From: Marsupella aquatica
Taxonomy: Eukaryota; Plantae; Marchantiophyta
Length of the DNA stretch: 64,000 nt
Direction: 5' to 3'
NCBI GenBank assembly: GCA_973895155.1
Contig: OZ316891.1
Span: 25,233,899 to 25,297,898, forward strand
Shown here: in pieces, positions 33,501-45,228 of the stretch
Position numbering within the stretch: the stretch's first letter is position 1
Layout: each line of letters opens with the position of its first letter
Notes under the pieces: generated by a model
The model's input: the letters and a program-made list of their open reading frames with translations, nothing else
Told to the model about the DNA's origin: nothing
Databases searched by the model: none
Made by a program: the position numbers and the translations under genes

Positions 33501-35179
33501 GCATGCCTGGTTGCTGCATCGGCAAGTCTTCCTTCCTGGGCCTAAACACCTGCTCGATCGTAGGACTAACAGGTGGTTGAGGCTTCTCAGCCAACGGCCT
33601 CGGCGTTGGAGCTTCCTCGGGTGCCCTTACCTGCAGGGGAAGTACCGGGGCAAAAGTCTGACCTCTGGCATACCGGCACAACAGCGGCATGTGATAGCCA
33701 AGCCGCGACATGCTCCCCATGCCGATTACCTGCTGCTCCTCCTTTAAGATCTTCTTCAATTGGTTGAGGAGGTACCCGTTGTAGTCCCGGCTTGGGTCTG
33801 GCCTTTCTGCCAGATAGACCTGTGCCTTGCCGATCTCTGCCCTCGGTAAGTTACAATGCATGGTCACCCGCAAGAAGTCGATCATCTCTCCTATGTGCGG
33901 GTTGGTGCAGGTGTTCCGGAAGAAGCCATTCTTCGTTGATGGCCCGGGGAACGACCGGAACTCCTTGTCAGGCAAGGTCTTCCTGGTATCAACTTTGGTC
34001 TTATTGCCCATCGGCAAGCCAAACACTTCGGCAATCACCTTGGGAGTAAGATAGAAATCCTTCCCATATATCCTCGTGCAATTGGTCTCGGGTTCCCATG
34101 ACCCCACGAATTCTAATAGGTCTGACTCCGGTACCTCCGGCTTCAGCCATGGTAATCTTACAAAGGCCTCCAAGCCGGATCCGGCCATGAAGCCTTGGTA
34201 CTTCTTGGTCTGCATGGCCGTAAAGCATGCATCCTCCTCCCGTGCAAAATGTAGTTGCACCTCCACCGGTAGGGTTGCCGCCCAGCCCTTCCAGGTGTCA
34301 TCCCTGGTTGGAATGGCCTTGATGGGATCGACCTCCTCCTCTTCGGCTTCTCCCTGCCTCCTGCTCTGCTGCTCGGCTGGCTTCTTTGGTGCCACCGACC
34401 TCGTTCTTTTTGCCGGGGTGGCTTCATCGTTGACGGCCCCCTTCCTCTTCATCTCTACTGCCGTGGAGGTTTCTCCTAGCACCGTTGCCTGGGTCCACCT
34501 TTCCGTGCTACCCTTTAATTCCCAGTGTATGTCGTTGCAGTTCTTGATGGCCTCTCGGATGCCGACGACGCTGTCTTTGCAAAACAGAAGATCGTCGAGT
34601 TGATTGGAAGTAGGCGTCCACAGGAACTCGTCCTTGATGAGTTCGCCTCCTAAGAAAGCCGTCTTCTGCAGCTCCCACAATCGAGCGAGCTCCTGCCGTT
34701 CTCGAGCTGCCCTTTCTGACTCCTCGTCCTCGTAAGTCTTGATGTACTCAGTTGCTCGTTCGAACAGGCATCCCCAGAAATGTGCCGCTTGATTGACGTT
34801 GCTCATACCCTCCTTAGGTCGATCGTCGGTATCTACTCTCTCCCCGAGTGCTTGCCTAAGCAGCTGACAGTAGTTGGCCTCCCGTAGTCGTCTCCCTAGT
34901 TCGTGCTCGCAAATGAGCCACCATCTCCTGCAAGCGCTCCTTACCCCTCTCCTCTGCCGGTCCTTCTTCCCGTTGATCCTTCCTAGCCGCCGACGCTTAA
35001 CGCGCCCTAACCCTAATCAGGTTTTCACCCTCAGCCTTACCTCCGGCCTCTGCCCGGGTTCCATGGTTGCCCCTAATTGTTTATATTTTCCTTGTTTTGT
35101 CACTATACTAAGGTGTTCCTAGGGTGCCTTCCTGCTTTACCCACTTAACCGGCCGAGTGATTCCTGTCTAGGCATCACA
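30511..35179 (-). repeat. Complete 5' LTR of copy C (4669 bp)
   Basis: TGTGGTGC...GCATCACA termini (7/8 inverted repeat); adjacent to the PBS; unrelated context beyond 35179. Confidence 0.94.
31423..34806 (-). CDS. LTR-encoded accessory protein, intact 1127 aa (Athila ORF/PMD-like domain, acidic linker, long coiled coil, basic NLS-like KKKRK, EAEAVGVA repeats)
   Basis: Uninterrupted ORF entirely inside the LTR; GLEAFVRLPW...LLEFV...IYGKDFYLTPKVIAEVFGLP motif. Confidence 0.9.
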   Translation of the reverse strand: MSNVNQAAHFWGCLFERATEYIKTYEDEESERAARERQELARLWELQKTAFLGGELIKDEFLWTPTSNQLDDLLFCKDSVVGIREAIKNCNDIHWELKGSTERWTQATVLGETSTAVEMKRKGAVNDEATPAKRTRSVAPKKPAEQQSRRQGEAEEEEVDPIKAIPTRDDTWKGWAATLPVEVQLHFAREEDACFTAMQTKKYQGFMAGSGLEAFVRLPWLKPEVPESDLLEFVGSWEPETNCTRIYGKDFYLTPKVIAEVFGLPMGNKTKVDTRKTLPDKEFRSFPGPSTKNGFFRNTCTNPHIGEMIDFLRVTMHCNLPRAEIGKAQVYLAERPDPSRDYNGYLLNQLKKILKEEQQVIGMGSMSRLGYHMPLLCRYARGQTFAPVLPLQVRAPEEAPTPRPLAEKPQPPVSPTIEQVFRPRKEDLPMQQPGMQSLLKLLEKEKKSASATTTATMQDTTTEVGLHRLTRENPFAGDKKRIRPESKPGVRMYVGTSSSEFEAELPEAPTDEEEREKPDVQEVEEAVEDCSHDNSGYGSDHHVPGVRTYGRFVPTLPRVVRGDPNQQSSPESPPPDVAPPSFDGIKQTVQEFQERIKQEEEATLAKEKDLPGGDWPEDIRRLAEKGSKPLATIEEIRRTAWEQRPRWAMPITSTYSTYAKNRAMEYGEMCGELALGIFGEELEVGPFFHREQLEKHQLEEAVALERSKKDEVIRRLRRMEAEIENLRAAKKAQDELRIKRHELNIMQGQLDAAQADNQNIKDKLTQTQEELADTIKEREKWKQELKNTEEAHITANSRAMAETQRKEWALKGELEKIRGALEQKEVELGKSYQGIMALQQELASLTASFKADLREKDEMLEQTYAKMNQMEFVIIAELDKELRATQEERATLKKELEEAHREQEEAKNELEGARKDLDETQEELEEITRKMENLQRRADNQTERLKKQAAVFKCLAAAGPSPVGTNQLPGVVIAEGQAASTAPVPEVSGKGKGPAAEPPTKKKRKPPGSRSNTTSQAVVIKEVDPAPTPDRVTAKDPTTLGEGEAEAEGVAEAEAVGVAEAEAVGVAEAEAVGIAKAGVEAEAEGGPSQADGELTRSRAGNLSVGGPTAVAEEEVLGASIEDPPPVS

Positions 35180-35490
35180 GTCGAGCTGAGAGAGGTCTTA
35201 GCGGCTTAACCAAGCCTATTGGGGATCATTCTGGCGGCGGAATCCAAACATACCTAACCAGAAGGAGGGGAAGACAAGGGAAGGCCTAGATTAGGCCGGC
35301 TACGTATCTCATGACCCGATGAAGGATCTGTCGAGTATATGTGTGTAAAATGTTAATAGTAGTAGAGGAAGAGGTTAGCAGCGTCCCATGCCGCTAAGCC
35401 ACGAAAACGGCCTCGCCAAGTGCAAAACCTACGAGAATCGGCTTGTGCTGGGGGGTTTCTTGGGTTTAGGGAGCCATGGGGCGCACCACA
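35180..35490 (+). repeat. 3' end of another family-1 LTR (copy D), the target of copy C
   Basis: Matches about 7644-7950 and ends GCACCACA at 35490; has B-subfamily variants. Confidence 0.88.
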
Positions 35491-36857
35491 GCTTGGACTA
35501 CCGGCTTCTCTCGCTGTTCTCCTGGTTTTGTCGTGAACACGGCTTCACCTCTCATCGGTCTTGGTTCCTCCTCCGGCTCCCGTGTTGATCTCTTGTTCTC
35601 CTTGTCGTGGCCGAGAGCTACGGCCTGCTTCTCCTCGGCTTCGGGACTAGAGGCTCCTACATACATCCGGACTCTCGGATCGTGTTCCGGCCTCCTTCTC
35701 TCCTTGACTCCAGTAAAGGGGTTTTCCTTTGTAAGCCGGTTTAGGCCAACCTCTGGAGCAGTGTCCTGTATTGTTACCGTTGCCGTTGCCGTTGCAATTC
35801 TATTTTCTCTCTCCAGCAATTTCAGCAGATTCTGCATGCCTGGTTGTTGCATCGGCAAGTCCTCCGTCCTTGGCCTAAACACCTGCTCAATTGTAGGACT
35901 GTCGGGCGGGTTGGGTTTCTCCGTTGCTGGCCTCTGTTCCGGAACCTCCTCGGGTGCCCTTGCCTGTAGGGGAAGTACCGGGGCAAAGGTCTTACTTCGG
36001 GCATACCGACACAATAGCGGCATGTGATAGCCAAGTTGGGACACGCTTCCCTTGCCGATCACCAGCTGTTCCTCCTTCAAGATCTTCTTTAGTTGAGTGA
36101 GGAGGTAACCGTTGTAGTCCCGGCTTGGGTCTAGCCTCTCTGCCAGATAGACCTGTGCCTTGCCAATCTCTGGTCTCGGCCAGTTGCAATGCATGGTCAC
36201 CCGCAAGAAATCGATCATCTCACCTATATGCGAGTTGGTGCAGGTGTTACGGAAGAAGCCATTCTTTGTTGAAGGCCCTGGAAACGACCTAAACTCCGTG
36301 TCTGGCAAGGTCTTCCTGGTATCTACCTTGGTCTTATTGCCCATTGGCAAGCCGAACACTTCGGCAAGCACCTGGGGAGTGAGATAGAAATCCTTCCCAT
36401 ACACCCGTGTGGAATTGGTGTCAGACTCCCATGATCCCATGAATTCAAGGAAGTCTGAATTCGGTACCTCCGGCTTCAACCACGGTAACCTTACAAAGGC
36501 TTCCAAGCCGGATCCGGCCATGAAGCCCTGATATTTCCGAGTCTGCATAGCCGTAAAGCATGCATCCTCCTCCCTTGCAAAGTGTAATTGGACCTCCTTG
36601 GGGAGGATCGCCGCCCAGCCTTTCCAGGTGTCATCTCTCGTTGGAATGGCGTTGATGGGGTCGACCTCCTCCTCCTCCTTGGCTTCTCTCTGCCTCCTGC
36701 TCTCCTATTCGGCTGGCTTCTTTGGTGCCGCCGACCTCGTTCTTTTTGCCGGGGTGGCCCCTCGTTGTTGTTTCCCTTTCTCTTCATCTCAGCTACCGTG
36801 GATGTCTCTCCTAGCACGGTTGCCTTTGTCCACCCCTCTGTGCTACCCTTCAACTCC
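35491..36857 (-). pseudogene. Internal fragment of a diverged family-1 LTR ORF (fragment E; possibly the rest of the 5' LTR of copy B)
   Basis: ORF 35466-36548 is clearly homologous to the LTR ORF; cut by D on the left and by a deletion on the right. Confidence 0.85.
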
Positions 36858-37460
36858 CTAAGAGTTTGTCCGGCCCTTCTTCTTATGCCGTCGTCTTTTC
36901 TTCCTTTTCTTCTTGTCGTACTCAGAGTTGGAATCGCAAAAGGTATGATACCTCCTGCTCTTCTTATGCTTGGTCCTCCTATTAAGCTGAGAGGCGTAGT
37001 GCGATTCCCTGAAGGATTTGGCACTAACAATTGCTTGTTGTAGAGTTGTGGTCTTCTTTTCTAGCACTGAGAACGCCATCCTCTAGGGTAGCGCGTTGAC
37101 GAACCATTTCCTCAACAGGGAGTCATTGGGCTTAGGCCAAATCTTGGCGGCAACCTTCTAGAATCGCTGCAGAAATTTGCGAAGTGAGTCATGCTTACCC
37201 ATCTGCATTCGTCCAATTTTTGACAGGGCCCGAGATTCAATCCCCACGGACCTAAACTCTTGCAAAAACGCCGTCTAGAACTGGCCCCATGTGAAGCCGG
37301 GGGGTTGCAAGTTAAACCACGGGCGCGCTTCTCCCCGTAGCACGCCTGGAAGGATGGTTAGCTTAATGGCCTCCTCGCCATTTGCCTTGGCTATGGCCTC
37401 AAACTCAGCTAGCCACTCATCGGGGTCGTCCGTGGGTCATCCCTTGAAGGGTCGATAGTG
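36858..37460 (-). pseudogene. gag: gag remnant of element F
   Basis: Homologous to the N-terminal capsid region of copy C gag; several TAG stops. Confidence 0.78.
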
Positions 37461-40400
37461 GAACCAATATCGTTGTGACACATTCTGGGCTGCCGAAGGC
37501 CGCAATGCACCTGGTGCCTACGGGGCTGGTGGAACCGGTGGAGTTCCTCCCGCCGCTTGTTTGAGAGGGTCCAAACCATAAACGGTAATATTTTCCCAAA
37601 AAATGAGAAAAAAATATTCCTTGGCTAACAAAGCATGGGGTTCATATTGGAATTGGGATCCAAAAGAAACTTGCTTGGGTTCCCATCACAATAAGCGATC
37701 CTGCTTGGGAAGCCAAGCTCCTCGCTCCACCGGATGCGGTATTTCCTTCCAAACTTGATGCTCCATCTGGTTGTTGTAAATACACAGAACGTGAGCGGGT
37801 AAGGGGCATGCCCCTTCCTACACGTCAAGGACAAAATCAAAGGTTAATAGCTCACTACACGGCTCCACTCGTAAGGCAAAATGAGTGCCCCCTCCATCTA
37901 GCGCCAAAAAACCGGTCGCCGTATGTTGCGCCCCTAACCCGGGCCTTAAATCCAGTTTAGTTCCATGGGGCGACCTTGACCGCCAGTAGGGGTGAGGGTT
38001 CGAGCAAGGAGGTGTGTAGTGACCTTGATTAGCCCTAAGTTGGGCTAAGGCAATATACTTACTGGTATAAGACTCACGCAACTCGTACTAGTCATAGGTA
38101 TATTTGTTTTCCACTGCTGGAATATTCCCATAGTTAGTGACTCGGACTAACTCCCGGCTTGGGGCTTTCAAGCCATCGACGCGACAGAACCTTGTGACAT
38201 GCAATGGGTGGCAATCCCTACCATTAGTCCGCACCCGGTACGTCCCTTGAAATGACGCCTTTGCCCAGACAAAGCATACACACAACATCAGTTACTCGCG
38301 GAAACATTAGAGGAAAAAGACTATATTTACTCCACGAAGAATCGGTTTACATAGTTGACTCAACTTCTAAGGGGGTCAGCAGGCCCAACGGCAGTCGATG
38401 CCCAGTCCCTACGAGGCCCCGCCCCGCACTCGCCCAGCAAGCTCGACTTTGGCTCTCACTCCTTAGTGCACTCTGACCCTGCTCAGGCCGGGACTCCCTG
38501 TGCCTTGCCTTTTCTTATGCTGAAATAAGTAAACCTTCTCCCCTCCCACAGCGGAAGGGGAAGCCTAAATACTATGGTTGCGGAAAGGAACCGAAAGATA
38601 CTACCTTCCAGGGTAATGCCTACTGACTAACTACCCTCTGACTAGCCAGCCGCACTCCTTTGACCGGTTGACCATCGGCGGCAAGGGTGCTGACCGGGGT
38701 GGTAGCAACTAAGTCCACTAACCAAAATCTAGTCCGTTGATGGACTCTATCCTATGTTGACTGATCCTAACTGATCCCGTCCTAATTCTTCCTGTTGTGC
38801 CACTAATCGGCGCCTAATGACAGCTATTTTGTCGTTAAGCCTAATAAAAAAGATGCTACTGACTCAACTGTCCCGTGCAGCGCCTGCTCACACCCCCGGT
38901 AACCACCCCTTACGTGCGTGTTGTGGTTGGGCCAGGGTTTGTCCCCCTGTCGGGGCGAGACCTCGAGCCGCCTTGATCAGGGGTGGGCCCTGGTCTTCCC
39001 CGCTGGAGGACGAGCAGGGTAATGCGGTCCTGCAAGGCCTTGTTGTCCCGCACCGCCTCCTCCGCCTCGTTTGCAGCTTCATCGACCTCTGTCTAGAGCC
39101 GTGCTACCTCCAGGTTGAGCTGGTCGATGGAGTCACGATGGGTTTGGTCCTGCGCCAGAAATTTATCCCGTTCGGCGGAGAGACTAGCCACCTACTGAGC
39201 TGCTTGTAGGAATTGGTTGTTGAGGTCGGTCAGGCTGGTAACCCGAGCCGAGGATTCCGAGCGCAACTGAAGCACGATGTCGTCCAGCTTCTTGAGATCC
39301 GCTTGCGCCCTGCTCAACTCCTAGGTTAGTCCGTCCCTTTGTTCGACGATGCGGACTAACTCCTCACGGCGGGTAGTGGCCTCCTCCTCGAGGTGTTCTA
39401 CCAGCATTTGGAGGCGCCCAATCTCATTCCCCTTCGCCATGAGTTCTTCTTCCAAGCGGCTTACGATCTGTGGTTGGTGCTCTAATATGAAGAAGGTTGG
39501 TTGAAAGTATGTCAAGACTTGTTGTCCGATGTACGGCGCCAGCTCCCTTGACAGAGTCTGACTAAACTTCTGGACCAGGTCGTAGGCCATGGTCCTCGGG
39601 GCTACTTGGTAGTCCTCCATCCTCTCGGGTACCGGCGGTTCCTCGGGTGGGGTGGTGAGCTCCTCCATAGTTTGCACTAGGGAAGGAAAGGTTTCTTCAG
39701 GTGGTGGAGGGATTGGGGGTGGTTGTACTACGGGTAGCGGAAGCTTGATGGAAGGGGGCGGCGGAATTTCAACAGGAGGGGGTGACGGAGTATTAGTCGA
39801 GGCCTCCGGCTTGGGGTTTGCCTGAGGCATGGTAGTCCGCTCGCTCGGGGATGCCTCCTCTAGAGCGGGGATGACATTAGTCGGGGCTGAGGTGGCCATA
39901 TTCTTTCCTCTGGCCTCCCGCCGCGCCTTGTACCAGGTGAGGATGATGGCGATATGACTTCCCAAGTAAGTCTTTCCCCCAATAGCCATACCTCCCTGAG
40001 CCCGCTTAAGCTCCCCAGAGAACCTTTGGTAAAAGAATTGGGCCCAGTTCTGCCGTTTGTACTGTTCCACTTGTACGATTGTGCAAAGGGAGATCTTGGA
40101 TCGTGGCTCAATCATGTGTAGGGTAGTCCGTATGAAGTTAAGCCGCTCCAGGCAGATTAAGTTGGTGCACAACCCCTACTTGTATCCGTTGTCCATCTTA
40201 CCTTTGGGTTTGAAGTGCCGAGGTGTATACTCCTTATCCTGAATTTGGAGTTCAACCGGCACCGGCCCGGTTGGCAGGCAAAAGATCTGTGCTAACCAAT
40301 GCTTTGTGAGTGATAAGGTCTATCCTAAAACCTTGGTGGTCGATGCGTCATTGTCAAAATTGGAGATGAACTCACAAATCTCCTTTGGCCCGGCTGCGCA

Positions 40401-40504
40401 CGGTCTCCATAGCAAGTGAGCAAACTACTCCAACTGATGCTCCTTGAGGTAGTCCGCATGGTCGAGTTTCTTGATTGCGATCCAAACTACCTCGGGGACG
40501 CGGA

Positions 40505-43500
40505 TGTGGTGCATCCCATGCTCCCCAAACCCAAGAAACCCCCCCGCACAAGCCGATTCCCGCAGGTTTCATGCTCGGCGAGGCCGTTTCCGTAGCTTAG
40601 TGGCATGGGATGCTGCTAACCTCCTACTATTACTATTAATATTTTACACACATATACTGGACAGATCATTCATCGGGTCATGAGATACGCAGTTGGCCTA
40701 ATCTAGACCTTCTCTTGTCTTTCCCTCCTGTTGGTTAGGTATATTTGGATTCCGCCGCCAGAATGATCCCCAATTGGTTTGGTTAAGCCGCTAAGACCTC
40801 TCTCAGCTTGACACATCCAACTCTCACTCCCTTGCTTACTTCCCTTCTACTTGTTGATGTGGGCACTCTTCACACAAGTTAATGCGACACACAAATAGCA
40901 AAATGACTCCTTTTGACTGAGTTATAGCATGCACTTGCAATACAAACAGTACATCTCATAGACAAGCTCTGCAAACTAAGCCGTGAGACCAACTCTATTC
41001 AGTTCTTAGGTATGAGGAAACATGAATATACACAAGGGTCATTGTATAACTAACCGAGAGCTTCTCTTACTACTTGATCCCAGCCTTGCTGGTGCAACTA
41101 AAAACTTGCTAAAGAAGAGGCCCTGAACTCCCCGCCGCCCAAGTACTTATCCTGGTCGCGGATCCGCCTGATTCCTTGCAGCATAAGCCTAATCTACCTA
41201 CTGTAATCTACTTGACTGTAATCTACCTATGTACAGCAAGGCAGGAGCACAAGTGTCGCCCTCACCCATGGATCCAAAATCCCACTAATCTAAGTGTCAG
41301 GGCTGTCTCCTGGTCCTGATCCTAAGTCTAGACTTGGAGATCAGCGCCCGCCCTGCCCACTCACGCCTCCTACCTCCACGTCCGCCTTCCCTAAAAGGGA
41401 CGGCGCCCTTACACCGTCACGACACCGGTGGCTGGTCCTCACTGGACGCCCCCAACGCATCCTCCGCAGCCACTGCCGTTGGTCCGTCCTATGACAGATT
41501 ACCTGCCCTTGACCGAGTCAACTCTTCATCGGCCTGATTGGGTCCACCGTCGGCTTTGGCCTCAGCCTCGATCACGGCCTCCGATACGGCTATGGCCTCC
41601 CCGACATGTTCTAGTGGAGGATCCGGTACCTCGGCATCATTACTGGTTCTCCCGGCCTCGGCCTTGCCATCTCCACTTCCTAGGACTGATGGATCCACCG
41701 CCGTGCCGATGCTGGAGATTGTTACGGCTTTATCTTCTCGGTCACAACAGCTTGAGAAGCCGTATAACTCCCAGACCTAGAAGGTTTCCGCTTCTTCTTC
41801 TTCCCTATTTTGACAGCCGGTTCCTTCCCCTTGCCACTTACCTTCGGCACCTGGGTGAGTGTTTCGGCTTGTCCTGCGGCCAATACTACCCCTGGTAACT
41901 GGGTTCCCCCAATTGGAGTTGGACCTGATGAAGCCAAGCATTTAAATACTGTGGCTTGTGTCTTCAGCCGCTCTGTTTGGTTGTTGGCCCTCCGCTGTAG
42001 GTTCTCCATCTTCCTTGTGATTTCCTCCAACTCCTCCTGGGTCTCGTCCAGGTCCTTGCATGCCTCCTCCAACTCCTTATTGGCTTCCTCCAATTCTTTC
42101 TTTAAGGTAGCCCTCTCCTCCTGGGTTGCTCTTAGCTCCTTGTCGAGCTCTGCTACAACCACAGACTCCATTTTATTCATCTTGGCATAAGTCTGGTTGA
42201 ACTGGTCGTCCTTTTCGCGTAGGTCAGCCTTGAAGCTGGCCGTTAGGGACGCAAGCTCCTGTTGCAGCGCAAAATCCCTTGATAGGATTTCCCTAACTCT
42301 GCTTCCTTCTGCTCAAGGGCTCCGCGGATATCTTTGAGCTCTCCTTTCAACGCCCTCTCCCTTCTTTGGTTCTCCGCCATTGCCCGATTGTTGGTTGCTA
42401 AGTGGGCCTCCTCTGCATCCCTTAGCTCCCGCTTCCATTTCTCTCTTTCTTTGACTGCGCCGGCCAACTCTCCTTGGGTCCAAATCAGTTTATCCTTGAT
42501 AATCTGATTGTCAGACTGAGCGGTATCCAACTGCCCCTGCATGATGTTTAGCTCATGCCGCTTAATCCGTAGCTCATCTTGGGCTTTCTTGGCCACCTGC
42601 AGGATTTCCACCTTGGCTTCCTTCTCCCTAAGCCGTCGGATGACCTTGTCCTTCTTGCTTCTCTCCAAAACCACCGCTTCTTCTAATTCGTGCTTTTCCA
42701 ACATCTCCCTCTGGAAAAAGGGTCCCTGCTCCAACTCCTCCCCAAAGATACTAAGCGCCAGGTCCTCACACATCTCCCCGTACTCCATGGCTCTATCCTT
42801 AGCATAGGTGGAGTAACTAGAAGTCATCGGCATCAACCACCGCGGCCTCTGCTCCCAAGCCGCCTTGCGGATTTCTTCTATGGTGGCAAGAGGGTTGCTT
42901 CTTTTTTCGGCAAGCCGCCTGATGTCCTCCAGCCAATCTCCTCCTGGTAAATCCTTTTCCCTAGCCAGGGCTGCTTTCTCTTCCTCCCTAAGTCGCTCCT
43001 GAAATTCTTGTGCCGTCTGCTTTATGCCGTCAAAGCTCGGGGGAGCAATCTTTGGTGGGGGAGACTCGGGGCTATTTTTTTGGGTGGGGTCCCCTCGAAC
43101 TACTCTTGGAAGCGTGGGGATAAATTGGCCACAGGTCCTTACTCCTAGAACATGATGATCCGACCCATAGCCGGAGTTATCATTGTTGTAGTCCTCCACC
43201 GCCTCCTCCACTACTTGGACTCCCGGCTTCTCCCTTTGGTCCCCTGGTCCAATCGTAAAAATGGCCTCTGGTTCCTCTGGTTTCCAGGCTGTCGTCTCCC
43301 TCTGCTCTCCGCGGGAAGGAGCCTTAGGTTGCTCTGCCTCTGATTCGGGGCTTGAGGCTCCCACATACATTCGCACTCCCGGCTTGTGTTCTGGCCTCCT
43401 GGTCTCCTTGGTTCCGGTAAAGGGGTCTTCCCTTCTGAGTCGGCTTAGGCCGACCTCTGGGGCAACGTCCTGTATTGGTGCCGTTGCCGGAACCATTGCC

Positions 43501-45228
43501 GTTGCCGGAACCATTCTCTTTTCCTTCTCCAGCAATTTGAGCAGATTTTGCATGCCTGGTTGCTGCATCGGCAAGTCTTCTTTCTTTGTCCGAAACACGT
43601 GCTCGATCGTTGGACTGTCGGGTTGGTTGGGCTTCTCTAGTGCCGGCCCCTGCTCTTCCTCTTCCTCCGGTGCCCTTGCCGATAGGGGAAGTACTGGGGC
43701 AAAGATTTGACTTCTGGCATACCGGCACAACAGCAGCATGTGATAGCCAAGCAGGGACACGCTTCCCACGCCGATCACCTGCTGTTCCTCCTTCAAGATC
43801 TTCTTTAGTTGGTTGAGGAGGTACCTGTTGTAATCCCGGCTTGGGTCTGGCCTTTTTGCCAGGTAGACCTGAGCCTTGCCGATTTCTGCCCTCGGCAAGT
43901 TACAGTGCATGGTCACCCGCAAGAAATCGATCATTGCTCCAATGTGCGGGTTGGTGCAGGTGTTCCAAAAGAAGCCATTCTTTGTTGATGGTCCTGGGAA
44001 CGACCAAAACTCCTTGTCAGGTAAGGTCTTCTTGGTATCAACCTTGGTCTTATTACCCATCGGCAATCCAAACACCTCAGCAATCACCCGGGGAGTGAGA
44101 TAGAAATCCTTCCCATACACCCTCGTGGAATTGGTCTCGGGTTCCCATGATCCCACGAATTCTAATAAGTCTGAGTCTGGCACCTCCGGCTTCAGCCATG
44201 GTAATCTTACGAAGGCTTCCAAGCCGGACCCGGCCATGAAGCCTTGGTACTTCTTGGTCTGCATGGCCGTAAAGCATGCATCCTCCTCCCGTGCAAAGTG
44301 TAATTGCACCTCCTCCGGTAGGGTCGCCGTCCAGCCTTTCCAGGTGTCATCGTTTGTTGGAATGGCTTTGATGGGATCAACCTCTTCCTCTTCGGCGTCT
44401 TCCCTTGTCCTGCTCTGCTGCTCTACTGGCTTCCTAGGTACCGCCGACCTCGTTCTTTTTGCCAGGGTGGCCTCTTCGTTGTTGTTTCCTTTCCTCTTCA
44501 TCTCGGCTGCCGTGGATGTTTCTCCTAGCAAGGTTGCCTTTGTCCACCCCTCCGTGTTACCCTTCAACTCCCAGTGTAGGTCATTGCAGCGATTGATGGC
44601 TTCCCGGATGCCGACGATTCTGTTTTCGCAAAACAGAAGGTTGTCGAGCTGATTGGCAGTAGGAGTCCACAAGAACTCGGCCTTGATAAGTTCTCCTCCT
44701 AAGAAAGCCGTCTTCTGCAATTCCCAGAGCCGAGCGAGCTCCTGCCGTTCTCAAGTTGCTCTCTTTGATTCTTCGTCCTTGTAAGTCCTGACGTACTCAC
44801 CTGCCCGTTCGAACAGGCATCCCCAAAAATGTGCCGCTTGATTGACGTTGCTCATACCCTCCTTGAGTTGATCGCTGGTATCTGTTCCCACCCCGAGTGC
44901 TTGCCTAAGCAGCTGACAGCATTTGTCCTCCCGTAGTCATCTGCCCAGTTTGTTCTTGCAAATGAGCCACTATTCCTTGTGAGCGGTCCTTACCCCTCTC
45001 CTCCTCTGGTCTTCCCCTGTTGGTCACCCCTAGCCGCCGACGCTTAGCGCGCCCTAACCCTAATCGTGTTCTCTCCCCGACGTCCTTACTTCCGGCCTCG
45101 GCCCGGGTTCCATAGTCACCCTTAATTGTTTATATTTTCCTTATTTTGTTCCTATACTAAGGTGTTTCCAGGGTACACTCCTGCTTTACCATGTAAACCG
45201 GGCTAGTGATTCCTGGCTGGGCATCACA
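40505..45228 (-). mobile_element. Solo LTR, family 1 (older subfamily), 4724 bp
   Basis: TGTGGTGC...GCATCACA with 5-bp TSD GCGGA (40500-40504 and 45229-45233); no PBS or PPT. Confidence 0.95.
41417..45113 (-). pseudogene. LTR-encoded accessory ORF in the solo LTR, with several stops and frameshifts
   Basis: ORF pieces 42243-44720, 41722-42180 and 41489-41698 are collinear with 31423-34806. Confidence 0.88.

Larger units (their letters stand above)
22051..35179 (-). mobile_element. Ty3/gypsy copy C (family 1): intact gag-pro, pol and 5' LTR; 3' LTR truncated
   Basis: 5' LTR 30511-35179, PBS 30486-30506, ORFs 27448-30441 and 24275-27541, PPT 24287-24300, 3' LTR remnant 22051-24286. Confidence 0.96.

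Noticed and set aside
31423-34806. LTR ORF as a retroviral env or a captured host SMC/myosin gene
   Set aside because: No signal peptide or transmembrane helix is visible; the coiled coil is generic and there are no ATPase motifs
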